From assembly GCA_964016885.1 (NCBI GenBank), contig OZ024746.1, forward strand, positions 5,394,001 to 5,458,000: a DNA stretch of 64,000 nucleotides, written 5' to 3'. The notes beneath the pieces were generated by a model. The model was not told the origin of the DNA and made no database searches. It saw only the letters and a program-made list of their open reading frames with translations. The position numbers were made by a program, and so were the translations under genes. This DNA comes from Eledone cirrhosa. Taxonomy: Eukaryota. This document shows positions 26,738 through 41,838 of the stretch, piece by piece. How positions within the stretch are numbered: position 1 is the first letter of the stretch; the number at the start of each line of letters is the position of its first letter.

Positions 26738-27032
26738 GGATGAAGAACTCAGAGCTGTACGGGAATCTCCCAAAAGTCAGCTCGAGAGTAGCCATGAGGA
26801 AACTGAGGTTAGCTGGACATGCTCACTGACATCCAGATTTGACACTGCACTCAGTGTTCCTGTGGGAGCCCCTGCATGGACACACTGGAAGAGGAAGACC
26901 GAGGTTGAATATATTGATGCTCTAAGGACAGACACTGGTCTCTTGGAGACGCAGGACACGGCAGCGATGATGAGGAACAGAGACCGCTGGAGAGATCTCG
27001 TCCATGGATCTCGGGAATTTTACCCGCCCTAG
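26738..27032 (+). mobile_element. RTE/RTE-X LINE 3' fragment
   Basis: NSELYGNLPKVSSRV..LRLAGH..WEP..GRGRPR..YIDALRTDTG..MRNRDRWR, with a stop and a frameshift. Confidence 0.8.
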
Positions 27033-28002
27033 ATATATATATTAGGTTTGAACATAACGGAATCAAATTTCTATTGTCGCTGCATCCGTCTCGTTCTCTG
27101 TTGTAGGTATAAATGGTTAAACTCTGATTACATATTTTCGGAATGGTAATAAAGATGGATGAAATATTTCATTATGAAATAACGATAAAGTTTCTAAATT
27201 TATTGCACTTTGGAAGGTGGGTGAACAAATATTTATAACTTTATTTTCTCCATATTAATAAGATAATATTATAGTCATTATAGTATCTAACTTTGTTGTT
27301 GGTTTCCCTGGAATCAATATAATAGATTCTAATGAATTGACTGTATTGATATCTCTAACAGTAATTGACCTACAGTGTAAGAAACAACTTCTTATATATT
27401 TTTATTCATATTTCACGGTTTACAACTCATCGTAAATATTGATCCGACACAAATCGTTTGATCCCTTAAACAAATTTTCCACGCGCAGTTTAATTTCAAA
27501 GAAATCAATATTATATCGTAAGATATTTAATATTTTAATTAAAATTTGACGTCATCATTACTAGAAATTATACAGTAATTACATGCTGTAAAACTCGTGG
27601 AAATTTCAAGCCAATTTCGATAGTATTATTTTTCATTTAATACACATCTTTCATAATAGTTTTACTCTTTTTCATTTTGTTATTGTTTTTGACAGTAAAA
27701 TTTAAACGAATAAAACAATAATCATTTTATGATATTTGGTTTCTTCATTAAGAGAATAAAATAATAATGATCTTATTTCTTTTACACGCAATTGCATTAA
27801 TTACTAAATGAAGTTAAACGCTATTTGCATAAATTTTATCCAATTAACATATCGAAGTTGTAATTTTCGTAGGGGTCTGTGTTATGGTTTCAATTGTTGG
27901 ATCAAGCCATTCAATATACGATCTGTGATCGAACAGGTATTCCACCTAATCAAAATTAAATATCTATTTAATAAAGTAATCTACTTTAAGTATTGTCGTA
28001 TA

Positions 28003-28174
28003 CGAGGGCGTGCTAGAAAGTTCCTGGATTTGGGTAACGAAAAATACAGGAGGATCAGTTAATTATGATTTTCTTCAACATATTCCCCCCTTAGATTCAC
28101 ACACATGCTGCAGTCCTACCCCCCTCCGTAACGGTAGATACCCTTAAAGCCAAGAATCTTTCAGCAACCCCTCG
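28003..28174. mobile_element. Mariner-type MITE
   Basis: TA|CGAGGGCGTGCTAGAAAG...CTTTCAGCAACCCCTCG|TA imperfect TIRs. Confidence 0.75.
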
Positions 28175-30607
28175 TAATTATATCTAAAGAAGAAAAGCGG
28201 AATCCACTTTAAGGTAGTTTGACACAGAAAATATATTCATTTGATATTTGTGTTAAATAAGCATTGACGGTCGCACATTGTGATTTTAGTTAATCATGTA
28301 TTTATTGTGTACTCAGGTAGAAAGAGCGGTACCCAGGGTACAATATTTGTCAGCGCTATTGAATTTTGAGGCTAGAAATGAGGAAGTTATCCTCAATAGA
28401 CGTGGTCAAATGCTTTGAATAGAGGAAATTTCACTCAAGAACGGGTGATTAATTACGTTTATCATCTGAAATCAAATCTACCACAATTTACTAATATTTA
28501 TTCAGTTAAATTCACAAAATGCTTAATTTAGTATATTCTTTGAGAATTTGTTTGACGAAATATTTTAAAAGAATGTCTGTCTATCCTGTTATATCAGATA
28601 ACATTGGGTAACGTGTTTGTTCAATAACTTATGTAAAGTTGGAGAATTGTTATTTAAATATGAACATGTTTAGTTTCTGTTCTATGGCTTTACACGCAGT
28701 ATAGCATGTATACGGTGATTATGTGCAGGATATTCTATTGATTGATATCTTGATATATACCCCTAACTAATACAGGACATTAATACTGTCTCGAGCAACA
28801 TTTGGACAAGAATGACAAATAGGAACACATTTCTATACTGACATAGTTGTTTAACATACAAGAAAGAAAATAGATGTAGTTTCAAGTATTATTGGAAAGT
28901 AGGAGAAAGATCTGGACAAAAAAGAGGTGAGAAATATACAGAATGAAAGGTGGGAAGGGAATGGAAATAACATGCAGGATATACATACACATACTTGTAC
29001 ACACAAGCACATACACAAGCATACACATACTTGTACACACAAGCACATACACAAGCATACACACATACAGACACAAACTCACACACACACATATTCACAT
29101 ATACAAGCACACACCAGCACACATACTCACATATACAAGCACACACCAGCACACATACTCACATATACAAGCACACACACACACTCATATAAAAGTACAC
29201 ACGCAAGCACATATACACACTCACTCACACACACAGACACACACCCACACTCACAAGCACACATACACATATAGTGATATAGTGTAGCCAAAATTCAATG
29301 AATTCTCGGTTAGTTATATTGCACCAGTTTTTCTTGACCAGTTGACGTGAATGTGAACGAAAAAATACAAGATTTTCAATGAAAGAAGATATTTTAATGA
29401 ATTTATGTATCTACTTTCCAGACAAACGGAAATAATAATAATAATAATAAAGAAAAGAGACTAGAACAAATAGTTGATTTGTTAAAAGAATTAATTCTGT
29501 TTTAAACGAAACGACGTGAATGAAATGATAGAAAATCCAATTTTATAATTCATTCAATTTATTGCGTTATTTGCAGGCAGGCGTTAGACATGTACTGCAC
29601 TGATAAAATGATTTATAGTGTTTGAGAGATATAGCACGCACTAAATGCCAACTGGCTTCCAATCGAGAATTTGTTTTAATATCATTTGTTTTAAAAATAT
29701 GACAAGAAAATATTATACTTGTAGACATAGTAACGATGTTGACCTATACTATTTGAAAATCTTATTGGCTAAAATGTTTTGCAGTAAAGTGGTTAGTCTC
29801 CTCGTAGTTATTTTTCACAAATGAATAGTAAAACAGAGAACTATATTTCCACTGTCCGATATCTAGCTGTGCAGTCTGTAAATAACGACAGGAAATCTAT
29901 TATTTCAACATTAATTATGGCGTCCAATACTGTTCTCGTTCCAGAAGATATCTGCCCAGCAACTTTTATCACCAAGTGTCTTACTATTGTTTTAAAAAGT
30001 AAAAGAATACGTATGATTGTAGAGAGTCATCAGAAAATCTGAAAGATAAAAATTATGCTATTCTCTTGGCAAAGAAATAAGCGATACAATAGTCGCAGCC
30101 AATATGATTCAAAAGTTAGTTCATGGATAGTGAAGAGTGTCGCTGCTACTCTGGTGAAGGCAAGTGATCTCTAGCTATTTATGCTTCGTATCGGGAAACA
30201 TTGGAATAATTACAATGTAGTAACAAAACATTGGCGTAAACAAAAATAATAAAAGAAAACCAGTAAAATATTTACTTTATAAAAATATATTTGTATTGTT
30301 AATTGCATTTAATTGCTTTTAAGATTAATAGAAATCTTGTGTATGTTCAATAGTCACACAATAAGTTCTTCAAGGAGAATCTCGAAATTGAAATTTAGTT
30401 TTTAAATTGTAATCCTACATTAGTTCTGACAGAGAAGTAACAACAAATATAACAACAACAACAGAAACACAAAACGTACAACTGTTATATGCTTATGGAT
30501 GAAGTCATCAAAAATCTATTTAGAAAGTGTTTAAGAGAATAGGTAAGTAGAATAAATTAACTGCATGGTTCTTTGTATATTTGTATTTTCAAAGTAGTAT
30601 ATGTACG

Positions 30608-30652
<45 letters not shown>

Positions 30653-30653
30653 C

Positions 30654-32113
<1,460 letters not shown>

Positions 32114-32288
32114 AACTACATGTGTGTGTGCATATATATATATGTTTGTATGCATATATACGTATATGCAGACACACACAGACTTAGACAAGTAGACAGA
32201 AACCACAAATGTATATGAAATACAATACTTTAAAGTTGATACCAAATAAGTATATTATATATATATATATATATGTATATATATGTAT

Positions 32289-32740
32289 ATATAGTGTATT
32301 TTGAAATACACTGTATGCTTAATTAAAACCATTTTGAAGACCTTACGCTATTGTTTTAGAGTAGTGATAGTCTCACTTACATTACATTTTCAGCAAACAG
32401 GGGGAGATAAAGCTGACTGAACTCTGTTTCGTACTATTTGGTACTTATCAAAGCTAAGTACTCCACCTGTTTGCTGAAAATCATGAATGTTTGATTCTTA
32501 TAGAATTCTAGTAATAATCAGGAACTGATTATACAGAGTGGTTGCCGGTCAAGCAGAAATTGAAAATTAGAATTGGTGCTCTGAAATAGCGATATATATA
32601 TATGAATGTATATACAGTGTATTTTGCAATACACTGTATGCTTAATTAAAAGCATTTTGAAGACCTTACGCTATTGTTTTAGAGTAGTGACAGTCTCACT
32701 TACTTTAAATTTTCAGCAAACAGGGGGTGATAAAGCTGAC
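32289..32740 (-). mobile_element. Partial tandem short element (~130-bp direct repeats) containing a decayed hammerhead
   Basis: 32289-32417 is repeated at 32611-32740; flanked by (TA)n. Confidence 0.7.
32411..32455 (-). ncRNA. Decayed type I hammerhead, family G
   Basis: AGCT-TTGATAA-GTAC-CAAATA-GTAC-GAAA-CAGAGTTCAG-TC-AGCT; two core substitutions. Confidence 0.5.
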
Positions 32741-32839
32741 ATGTATATATATATATATATTTTTTTTTTTTCGCCAATGGATGGATAAAACTGGTAATTC
32801 CGTTCAGTTAACCCCGATGTAATAGTAAGAAAAGCACTC

Positions 32840-33240
32840 TTCCAACTGATCCGGCTCGATAAACAAACAAGACTATATCAGCCAAACTCATGGATGTTAT
32901 CCAACCATCCTGCATGGGGTCTACCCCAGGGTCTCCTGCCAGTTGGTTTTTGCCCGTAAAATCTGTCCACCGATTCTTTCCTTAGACATTCTAGCCACAT
33001 GACCATAATATCAGAGCTGTGATCTTTTCAAATCGGAGAAGTAGCGGCTCAACCTGGAGCGGCCCTCTGATCATCGAGTTATGTACTTTATCGAGTAACG
33101 TTACTCCAAAGACCCTTCGGACGAACCCCATTTCGGCCGCTTGTATTCACGATCGTATACTTTCGGTCATTACACAAAATTCACGACTATAGGTAAGGGT
33201 TGGCACGAACACCGAATTGAGGATAGTGTGTTTGGTTTTT
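32840..33240 (-). mobile_element. RTE-clade LINE 3' fragment
   Basis: [58 protein letters not shown]; same family as 15400-15638. Confidence 0.85.
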
Positions 33241-33361
33241 AACGTACCTCCCTTCTTCTCATTATCGAATACTGAATCTGGCGCATTACTGTACCAGCCT
33301 GTGAAATAGTGCGTTCCTTTTCCTTTATTTATTCCATGCAAACATTTCATACCACACACAC

Positions 33362-33474
<113 letters not shown>

Positions 33475-33573
33475 TATATAGTAATAATAATAAAATTGAA
33501 GACTAAAGTTTCAGAAGATCCCGTTAAGGGTGAAAGCAGCGATTCTTTGCTTAAACTTTAATCTGTTATTTTA

Positions 33574-33968
<395 letters not shown>

Positions 33969-34005
33969 GTATATATATGTATATGTATATATATGTATAT
34001 ATATG

Positions 34006-34036
<31 letters not shown>

Positions 34037-34226
34037 GTATATATGTATATGTATATATATGTATTGTTATACTTTGGGAGGGTCATGTTGCCAATAAGAA
34101 ACACACGCACCAGTTGCTTTCACTTCAATTTATTATATATTTATAAATTTATAAATTTACAAATCTACAAACTTATAAATTTCTGGTTGGTTGGTTGGTT
34201 CCACAACCAGATAGTTGTTTATATAT

Positions 34227-34271
34227 AGTCATAGTCCTTTCGTCACACACTCTGTGACCTCTTCAGTGACT
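34227..34271 (-). ncRNA. Minimal type I hammerhead, family B, left arm
   Basis: Reverse complement of 35291-35335. Confidence 0.7.
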
Positions 34272-34749
34272 GGGGATTCCTTTCTTTGTTTCTGTGCTTT
34301 TCCTTTCTTCTATCCTACGCCATTTTGTTTCTGTGTGTGTGTTGTGTGCTCAGTTTGCGCATGCGCCACATCCGGGTGTCTGTGTGTGTTTGTGTTCATT
34401 TATCTATTTGTTTATTTATTTATTTATTTATTGTTGGTTGGTTGTTTGTTCTATGTGTGTGTGTGTTTTCATTTTGTCCTGTGTGTGTTTTCATTTTGTC
34501 CTTAATTGTAAGTTGTGATGTTGCTGTTCCACTCATATTTTCTATTTAATTTTGGTTGTAATTCTTTTATGCTTACTGCCTCTGTAATTTGCCTAAACAT
34601 TGCATCTTTTCTGTGTGTGGATTCTATTTTTATTTCTATGTTCTCTAATCTACCTCTGTGCTCTATCTTAGCATGTTGGTAGAGCACAGATGATTCTTTA
34701 TTATCCTGAAGGTCTCGCCAGTGTTCATTTATTCTTCAGTACATCTTAT

Positions 34750-35060
34750 GCATAAGATGTACTGAAGGACAATGTAGAAACAAAAATATAGTGTACATAG
34801 TTGAGACAGCTCGTAGTATAGGGGAACGAATAAATGAACACTGGCGAGCCATTCAGGATAATAAAGAATCATCTGTGCTCTACCAACATGCTAAGATAGA
34901 GCACAGAGGTAGATTAGAGAACATAGAAATAAAAATAGAATCCACACACAGAAAAGATGCAATGTTTAGGCAAATTACAGAGGCAGTAAGCATAAAATAA
35001 TTACAACCAAAATTAAATAGAAAATATGAGTGGAACAGCAACATCACAACTTACAATTAA
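34750..35060 (+). pseudogene. GIY-YIG endonuclease C-terminal fragment of a Penelope-like element
   Basis: YIxET..R..EH and E..I...P.LN motifs; premature TAA at 34998-35000 that reads GAA in the minus arm. Confidence 0.85.
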
Positions 35061-35290
35061 GGACAAAATGAAAACACACACAGGACAAAATGAAAACACA
35101 CACACACATAGAACAAACAACCAACCAACAATAAATAAATAAATAAATAAACAAATAGATAAATGAACACAAACACACACAGACACCCGGATGTGGCGCA
35201 TGCGCAAACTGAGCACACAACACACACACAGAAACAAAATGGCGTAGGATAGAAGAAAGGAAAAGCACAGAAACAAGGAAAGGAATCCCC

Positions 35291-35335
35291 AGTCACTGAA
35301 GAGGTCACAGAGTGTGTGACGAAAGGACTATGACT
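35291..35335 (+). ncRNA. Minimal type I hammerhead, family B, in the Penelope 3' UTR/pLTR
   Basis: AGTCA-CTGAAGA-G-GTCACA-GAGTG-TGTGAC-GAAA-GGAC-TA-TGACT. Confidence 0.72.
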
Positions 35336-35589
35336 ATATATAAACAACTATCTGGTTGTGGAACCAACCAACCAACCAGAAATTTATAAGTTTGTAGATT
35401 TGTAAATTTATAAATTTATAAATATATAATAAATTGAAGTGAAAGCAACTGGTGCGTGTGTTTCTTATTGGCAACAAGACCCTCCCAAAGTATAACAATA
35501 TCGGTTTCAACACACGATTTCAGATAAAGAATCTTGCTAAACAAATTCCGAAACGAAATATATATATGTATATATATGTATATATATAT

Positions 35590-35624
<35 letters not shown>

Positions 35625-35694
35625 AATATATATATATTTATATATATATCTGTATATATTTATATATATATCTGTATATATATATATATATATT

Positions 35695-35763
<69 letters not shown>

Positions 35764-35774
35764 CTGTATATATT

Positions 35775-35813
<39 letters not shown>

Positions 35814-35838
35814 TTGTATATATATATATATATATATT

Positions 35839-35881
<43 letters not shown>

Positions 35882-35883
<2 letters not shown>

Positions 35884-36020
35884 CGAAGGAAATGTGGTAA
35901 GGAACCAGGTGGACCATAACGCACCAAAGTACTCAATACTTGAGGTAGTAGAGTGGGTAATAGGAACCAGTAAGACCCCGACAGCTGAGCTCAAGCCGTT
36001 TCGACGGCTAATTCTGGACT
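35882..36020. mobile_element. Family P element, colinear non-palindromic form
   Basis: AACGAAGGAAATGTGG...GCTAATTCTGGACT next to (TA)n. Confidence 0.85.
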
Positions 36021-36164
36021 AAATGAAAATTTATCCTGGTATTTAAATAGCCGATCTTCTCAAGGGGTAATTCCATATATGGTCAAAGTGATTGTCAAAA
36101 ATCGGTAGTAATTCTGTGGTTGCAAATTAGTAGGGGAGATGGTGGCTAAACCTGCCAGTAGGAG

Positions 36165-36267
<103 letters not shown>

Positions 36268-37339
36268 CAAATATGTGTCTTTGCGTATGTACATGTGTAC
36301 GTGTGCTGACATAAAAGTACAAAAATGTATAACTTTATTTCGCCGTCCAGAAATATATTTCAAATGTGATATATTATTGATTGTCCTCATAGTTCTGAAT
36401 TGTGCCAATACCTAGAAATTTCAACATACGATCGATATTTGCCCAGTAATCAATATTGTTTTATTACTCAGTTTTTTAACGCCCTAGGAAATGCTTCATT
36501 TATTTTCTTTATATGTATATATCGTTATATGTCTAGGTGTGGCACTTTTCTCTTGTGAATCAAATATTCATGCTGTCACAACATCTGTGCCCGATCTTAC
36601 ACTAACAGTAATATATACTTCTACATATGTCAACATATGTCAACGCTCGCTAATCAAGAGTCTGTAAGTTTCACCGAATTCAATAAAATTAAACAGGTGT
36701 GTTTAGATCTAGCCTCGATTTGGTTCCGATCAATTTGAATCAGTCGAAGTCATGGCTGTGTTGTTGACAATTTAACACTATAACCACTTCGTTGAAGATA
36801 TAGATATGCTGTTTTTTATATTTCATTTCTTTTTAATTTCATTATTTAATTTTTTATTTCTTAACCTTTTTATTGCTTTGATTTTTATTTAAATACTTTT
36901 ATCAAATTATTTTACCAATTTTTATCTCTGTATTCTTGTATTAAGTATTTTTGTTATATTTATCTTTAAACGTTGATTTGGCATCCAGCCACTGTACAGC
37001 AGACAACCTTACCAGAGACAAGGTTTAATATCTTATCACAAGATCCAGGTCTGTTTTCTCAGTTCCTTTCTACATCATTCTCTCCCCACCCACCCTGTTC
37101 TTCTTTAATCCCTTTAGTCTTCATTTGTTCCGTTATTTTCATGTTAGGTATTGTAAAATGTCTCCCTGGATATATAACGTCAGTATCGTTACAGATTGAG
37201 GCAGTGTTTCTCAATTCAGTTCGGTTTCTATCAGTCGCTTGATGTGGCCTCACCAATTGAGATTAGCTATTGTAATTCCTTGTGTATAAATATATTCATG
37301 ATGTCACAGCAGTATTGCTACCGAAACGGTGGTTACACA

Positions 37340-37530
37340 ATATTTGTTTCTACTTTAGGCACAAGGCCAGCAATTACCCAGTACATTACTTGTACTTTAT
37401 TTTATCGACCCCGTAAGGATGAAAGGCAAAGTTAGCCTCGGCGCGATTTGAACTCAGACTGTAAAGGGACGTAACTATGCTAGAAAGCATGGCGTCCAAC
37501 CCTCTACCGATACTGCCAATTCACTGCCCT
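37340..37530 (-). mobile_element. tRNA-derived SINE
   Basis: Full head, core and tail on the minus strand. Confidence 0.88.
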
Positions 37531-37629
37531 TCATTGTTTACGCTCACGTACACTCAGATATAATAATCTCTCCCCTATTGTGTTTCGCCCTCCTTCTGGT
37601 CTTAATCTGTTACCCCATCTTGTCTTTTG

Positions 37630-37708
<79 letters not shown>

Positions 37709-37722
37709 TATATATATATATA

Positions 37723-37781
37723 TAACGAAGGAAATGTGGTAAGGAACCAGGTGGACCATAACGCACCAAAGTACTCAATAC
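37723..37781. mobile_element. Family P fragment
   Basis: Identical to the first ~58 bp of 35882-36020. Confidence 0.8.
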
Positions 37782-40700
37782 TATATTATATATATATATA
37801 TCAAGATAGATTAGCTTTTAATTTGTGTCATATGTTAGTTTCTTTGGTAATCTGATGAGTATTTTATCAAAATATATTATCAGATAAATATCTATCTACT
37901 ACTATACCTCACTCAAATTATATAGTATAATATTATTAAAGTTATTTATATATTACTTCTTTAGCTGTTCCAACTGACTAGCTAAGGGAGCATCGACACT
38001 GTTGCTCGATCTGCCGGAATGGTCTTCAAATCCCTTGCAAATCATATCTGCAGTTTCTTTAAAATATGACACGAACACTGTTAACATATTGATATACTTT
38101 GGGAGGGTCATGCTGGCAATACATACAAAGAAATAATGTGACAGGAACCATGTTAACATAGATATATACAAAGACGGGACAGTAAACGTTTGGAACATAT
38201 TTGATAATAGTTCTGCTCGATTAGGTCAGACATGAACAGAGGAAAACAACAATAACAACAATGTAATTATGTTTATTAGTGCAGCCTATAGTGTATCTAA
38301 TACTAAAGCTTTCCTACTTGAAAATATATGGAGTTGGTGCGATAAAATCCCGCAAGTTACAATAACAAAAGCAACTTCCATCTCACAAAAGTCAACTAAT
38401 TATGTACCAACAGTATTCTTAGGTCGATTCCGTAGGCAATAGAAGTTGCCTCTGTAAAATTGGCCGTTTGCCTGGTCAAAGAAATCAATATGATTCGAAA
38501 TATATTATTTCCAACTACAAGCCTTCCAACGATTAGATGAGTATGCCAACTCGTTAATCAGTTACAGCTGAAATGAAGTTAATTGAGGGTGGGTATAGAA
38601 TCTCTTTCAGGTAATCCCCAGAAGCCTGGAAGTGTGTCTATGATGGTAACCTTCTGATCATTGGGTATTCTCCAGCTTTTCACCCACAAACAGTATCTCC
38701 TTTCTCTCTACGGTCCATATTTAGATGAAACCTAGTCCGACCACTCAACAGAATGCCACAGATCATTAACACATTTACAATACTTTGTCTCTTTCTCTCT
38801 AAGCTACACGACTCTCTTATAACAATTATGAAAACGTTAAATTCAAATAAGCTGTCTTTCGTTCTCTCCTTCTTTCTTTTTGTTTTATCTCACACTTTTT
38901 TATTTTACATTTTTCTATTTTAGTAAAATGTCTCAATATTTTATTCTTTTCTTATATTTATCCTTTATTTTTTTTTAATCTATTTTCCCATATTTCCTTC
39001 TACCTCCTCATCTCTTCTTTATTTAATGGTATTCTCCCTTCAATTTTCCTTCCTTTTACTTTGGTTTCTTTTCTTCATTTCGTTCCTTCTTTTCGTATTT
39101 CCTTTTCTTTGAGAATGCAAATGTACGACATTATGTGGTTACAAACACAGCTTACATCCAGCTCATCCAGCTACAGTCAAAATGTTATGGCACAGTCCGA
39201 CAACTTTTATAGTCTGTCTGTAAATATTAAAGGTGATATAATGCTAATAAATGCTTACAGTCATTCATTCACCTCGTCTAGTACGCCAAACAGTAATTCT
39301 TCTACAAAATTTGACTTGGCAGTTGGGATGGTTCCCTTAAATTAAACGTCATCAACTTTCAATCATTTGCCGCTGACACAATATAACACCTTAATATAAT
39401 GTACAGTAGTTCCCCCAACTCACAAATCTGTCACATCTTCATACAGAGTAAATCTCACTGACAATTAAGTGCCATTAAGACAATAAACATTGATAGTCTT
39501 CAAGTGACGAGGTGCCACGTTGTGATAATATAAACAGCCACTGACAATGCGACAATATATCAAGCGAAAAGAGTGCACAGAGCAAGTCCCACAGTCTCAA
39601 TTATTGTTATTATATATATATATATATATATAACGAATGACTAGTATGTAATCGAATGCGTCTTAAAATCGGTATCTCCAAAGTTGGATTACCTTAAACG
39701 ATACCTCATACCAAACTATGGCAGTAAAAGTTGTTAAAACTACCACAGTATTATAACTTAATTATGAAACACAAGAGGAAACGTACTCTGAAGTACAAGA
39801 AGAAGCAATGTTACACACATTAATACTTAATGTATAGTATGTGTACTCTTTGAATAATTGTTTAATTTCCCTAAAGTTACCACTACTACTGTTGGTTTAT
39901 ACAAATGATGATAGGATCAACAAAAGTCACCTTTATAGTAAATTCTTAATGTAAATAAAGGTTTATTGTTAATCAACGTGGTAATGTACAACAGAATCTA
40001 CATTATCACATCGAAGTAGGGGTAGCAAATGTTTCCAGAGGTCAAGTGTTTTATTCTATATTTTATTCGTTGTACAACCGGATTCAGAAAAAATATAATG
40101 GAGAGAGAAAGAAAAATACAATGTGCTGTTGAAAAGGGTATTTTAATGACTGCAATGAACACAGTTTAGATGGAATATACTGCTACTTTGTGACCTTCTA
40201 TTCGATTTTCCCCTTTTATTTAAAGCTATTTTAATGTAAGTAGTAAGTTTACGTTGAAGAAGAATGTCTTAGAAACTTGTTTTCGTCCCAAAACGCAGCT
40301 ATTGATTTCTTTAATGGTTTGGTATCAAAATATTGATTAGGAAATCCATCTTTTATTTTTATACCTGTCATATATGTCTTCGTTGCTCCAGTGTTACAGT
40401 CCAGCAAAACCAAGATAAACGCTGAAATTTAGTTTAACGAAACATCCAAGCTCCGAAATAACTCATAACTTACAAACGTGAATTGTGTGAGTCTTTTCTG
40501 AGATATTTGGAGATCTTTAATTATGATAACTTTTTCATTGACCCCGAAGAAAACAAAGGCAAAGTTCACCTTGACGTGATTTGAAATTTCAGAGAATAAG
40601 AAGTCACAGAGCTCGGGAAAGAATACTGCAAGGTATACTATCCCCCCACGCTAACATCTGCAACAATACATCTCTTTCGTTATGTAATAAATGGATATTC

Positions 40701-41215
40701 AATATTCATTGGTATTCATTCAATCTAAAAAGAATGTAATATGAGATACCACATTTGCATAACGATTTAAAAGGCGACCAAAATTAATCAAACAGATTTT
40801 CCTTATGCAACATCAATCAATGCTGCTCTCTGTAACCTCTCAAAATACTATTTCAGTACATAGTTTGCTTTTGTTTACTTATCCATATCTTTTATGCCAG
40901 CTAAGATTTTGATGAATAATTGGCGAAAGCATTAATTCTAATCCCAAATTTTGTTAGTTTTCTGATATTGTTTTGATGTGTTAGGTATAACAAAGTCAGA
41001 TAGGATTTATTTTATGTCAATTCAAAAGAAATATGGCACACACAAGATTTTCCGAGTAAGTGTAACATATAGAACGTCTGTCTGTGTATCTATTTATCTA
41101 TCTATCTATCTCTCTATCTACCTATACCTCTATCTCTCTATCTACCTCTCTATCTATCTATATCTCTATTTACCTGCCTAACCATCTCTCTCTGTATATC
41201 TATTTACCTACCTAA

Positions 41216-41295
<80 letters not shown>

Positions 41296-41723
41296 ATATC
41301 TCTCTATTCTATCTGGAAAAAGGATTTGTCATATCTATTTGTGACCTTCTTCGTTACGCATTCAAGTGCTGTCCATCTCGACGTTCCCTCTTATCCTTAG
41401 AGGATCGACAGAACTGAGATATCATCGACTCTCTTCTCCGAATTTAAGGCTGCATGTCTATGTTACAAATGACCCTGTCTCCAGTCATGTCGTTGAAACA
41501 TTTACAAAGAACTGGCAATAACAATCAGAATGATAACTAAATCAGTGTCAGTCATGTTATAAATACAAACAACATAAGTCATCCTCTGGGTAATTTATCA
41601 TTGTAACACCTGACTAGAGACGCCCACAGCTGTTGATATATTGTCGTGAATTTAGATTGGGGAAGAAAATATTTCGGATAATTATTGGTTGTTGTCCTGC
41701 TATTGTGCGCGTTCACACAGCCT

Positions 41724-41764
<41 letters not shown>

Positions 41765-41772
41765 CATACACA

Positions 41773-41838
<66 letters not shown>

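Larger units (their letters stand above)
34062..35500. mobile_element. Penelope-like element 3' end arranged as a 1.4-kb inverted duplication
   Basis: ~670-bp near-identical arms; GIY-YIG-type peptide YIVETARSIGERINEH..LYQH..EH..RQITEAVSIK..PKLN; 3' UTR with hammerhead and AATAAA. Confidence 0.9.

Noticed and set aside
35970-36020. Family P GTC-GAAA-CGGC read as a hammerhead
   Set aside because: No CUGANGA half in any of the eight copies
39440-39490. CLNGT peptide on the minus strand resembling a Helitron helicase motif
   Set aside because: Isolated match surrounded by stops
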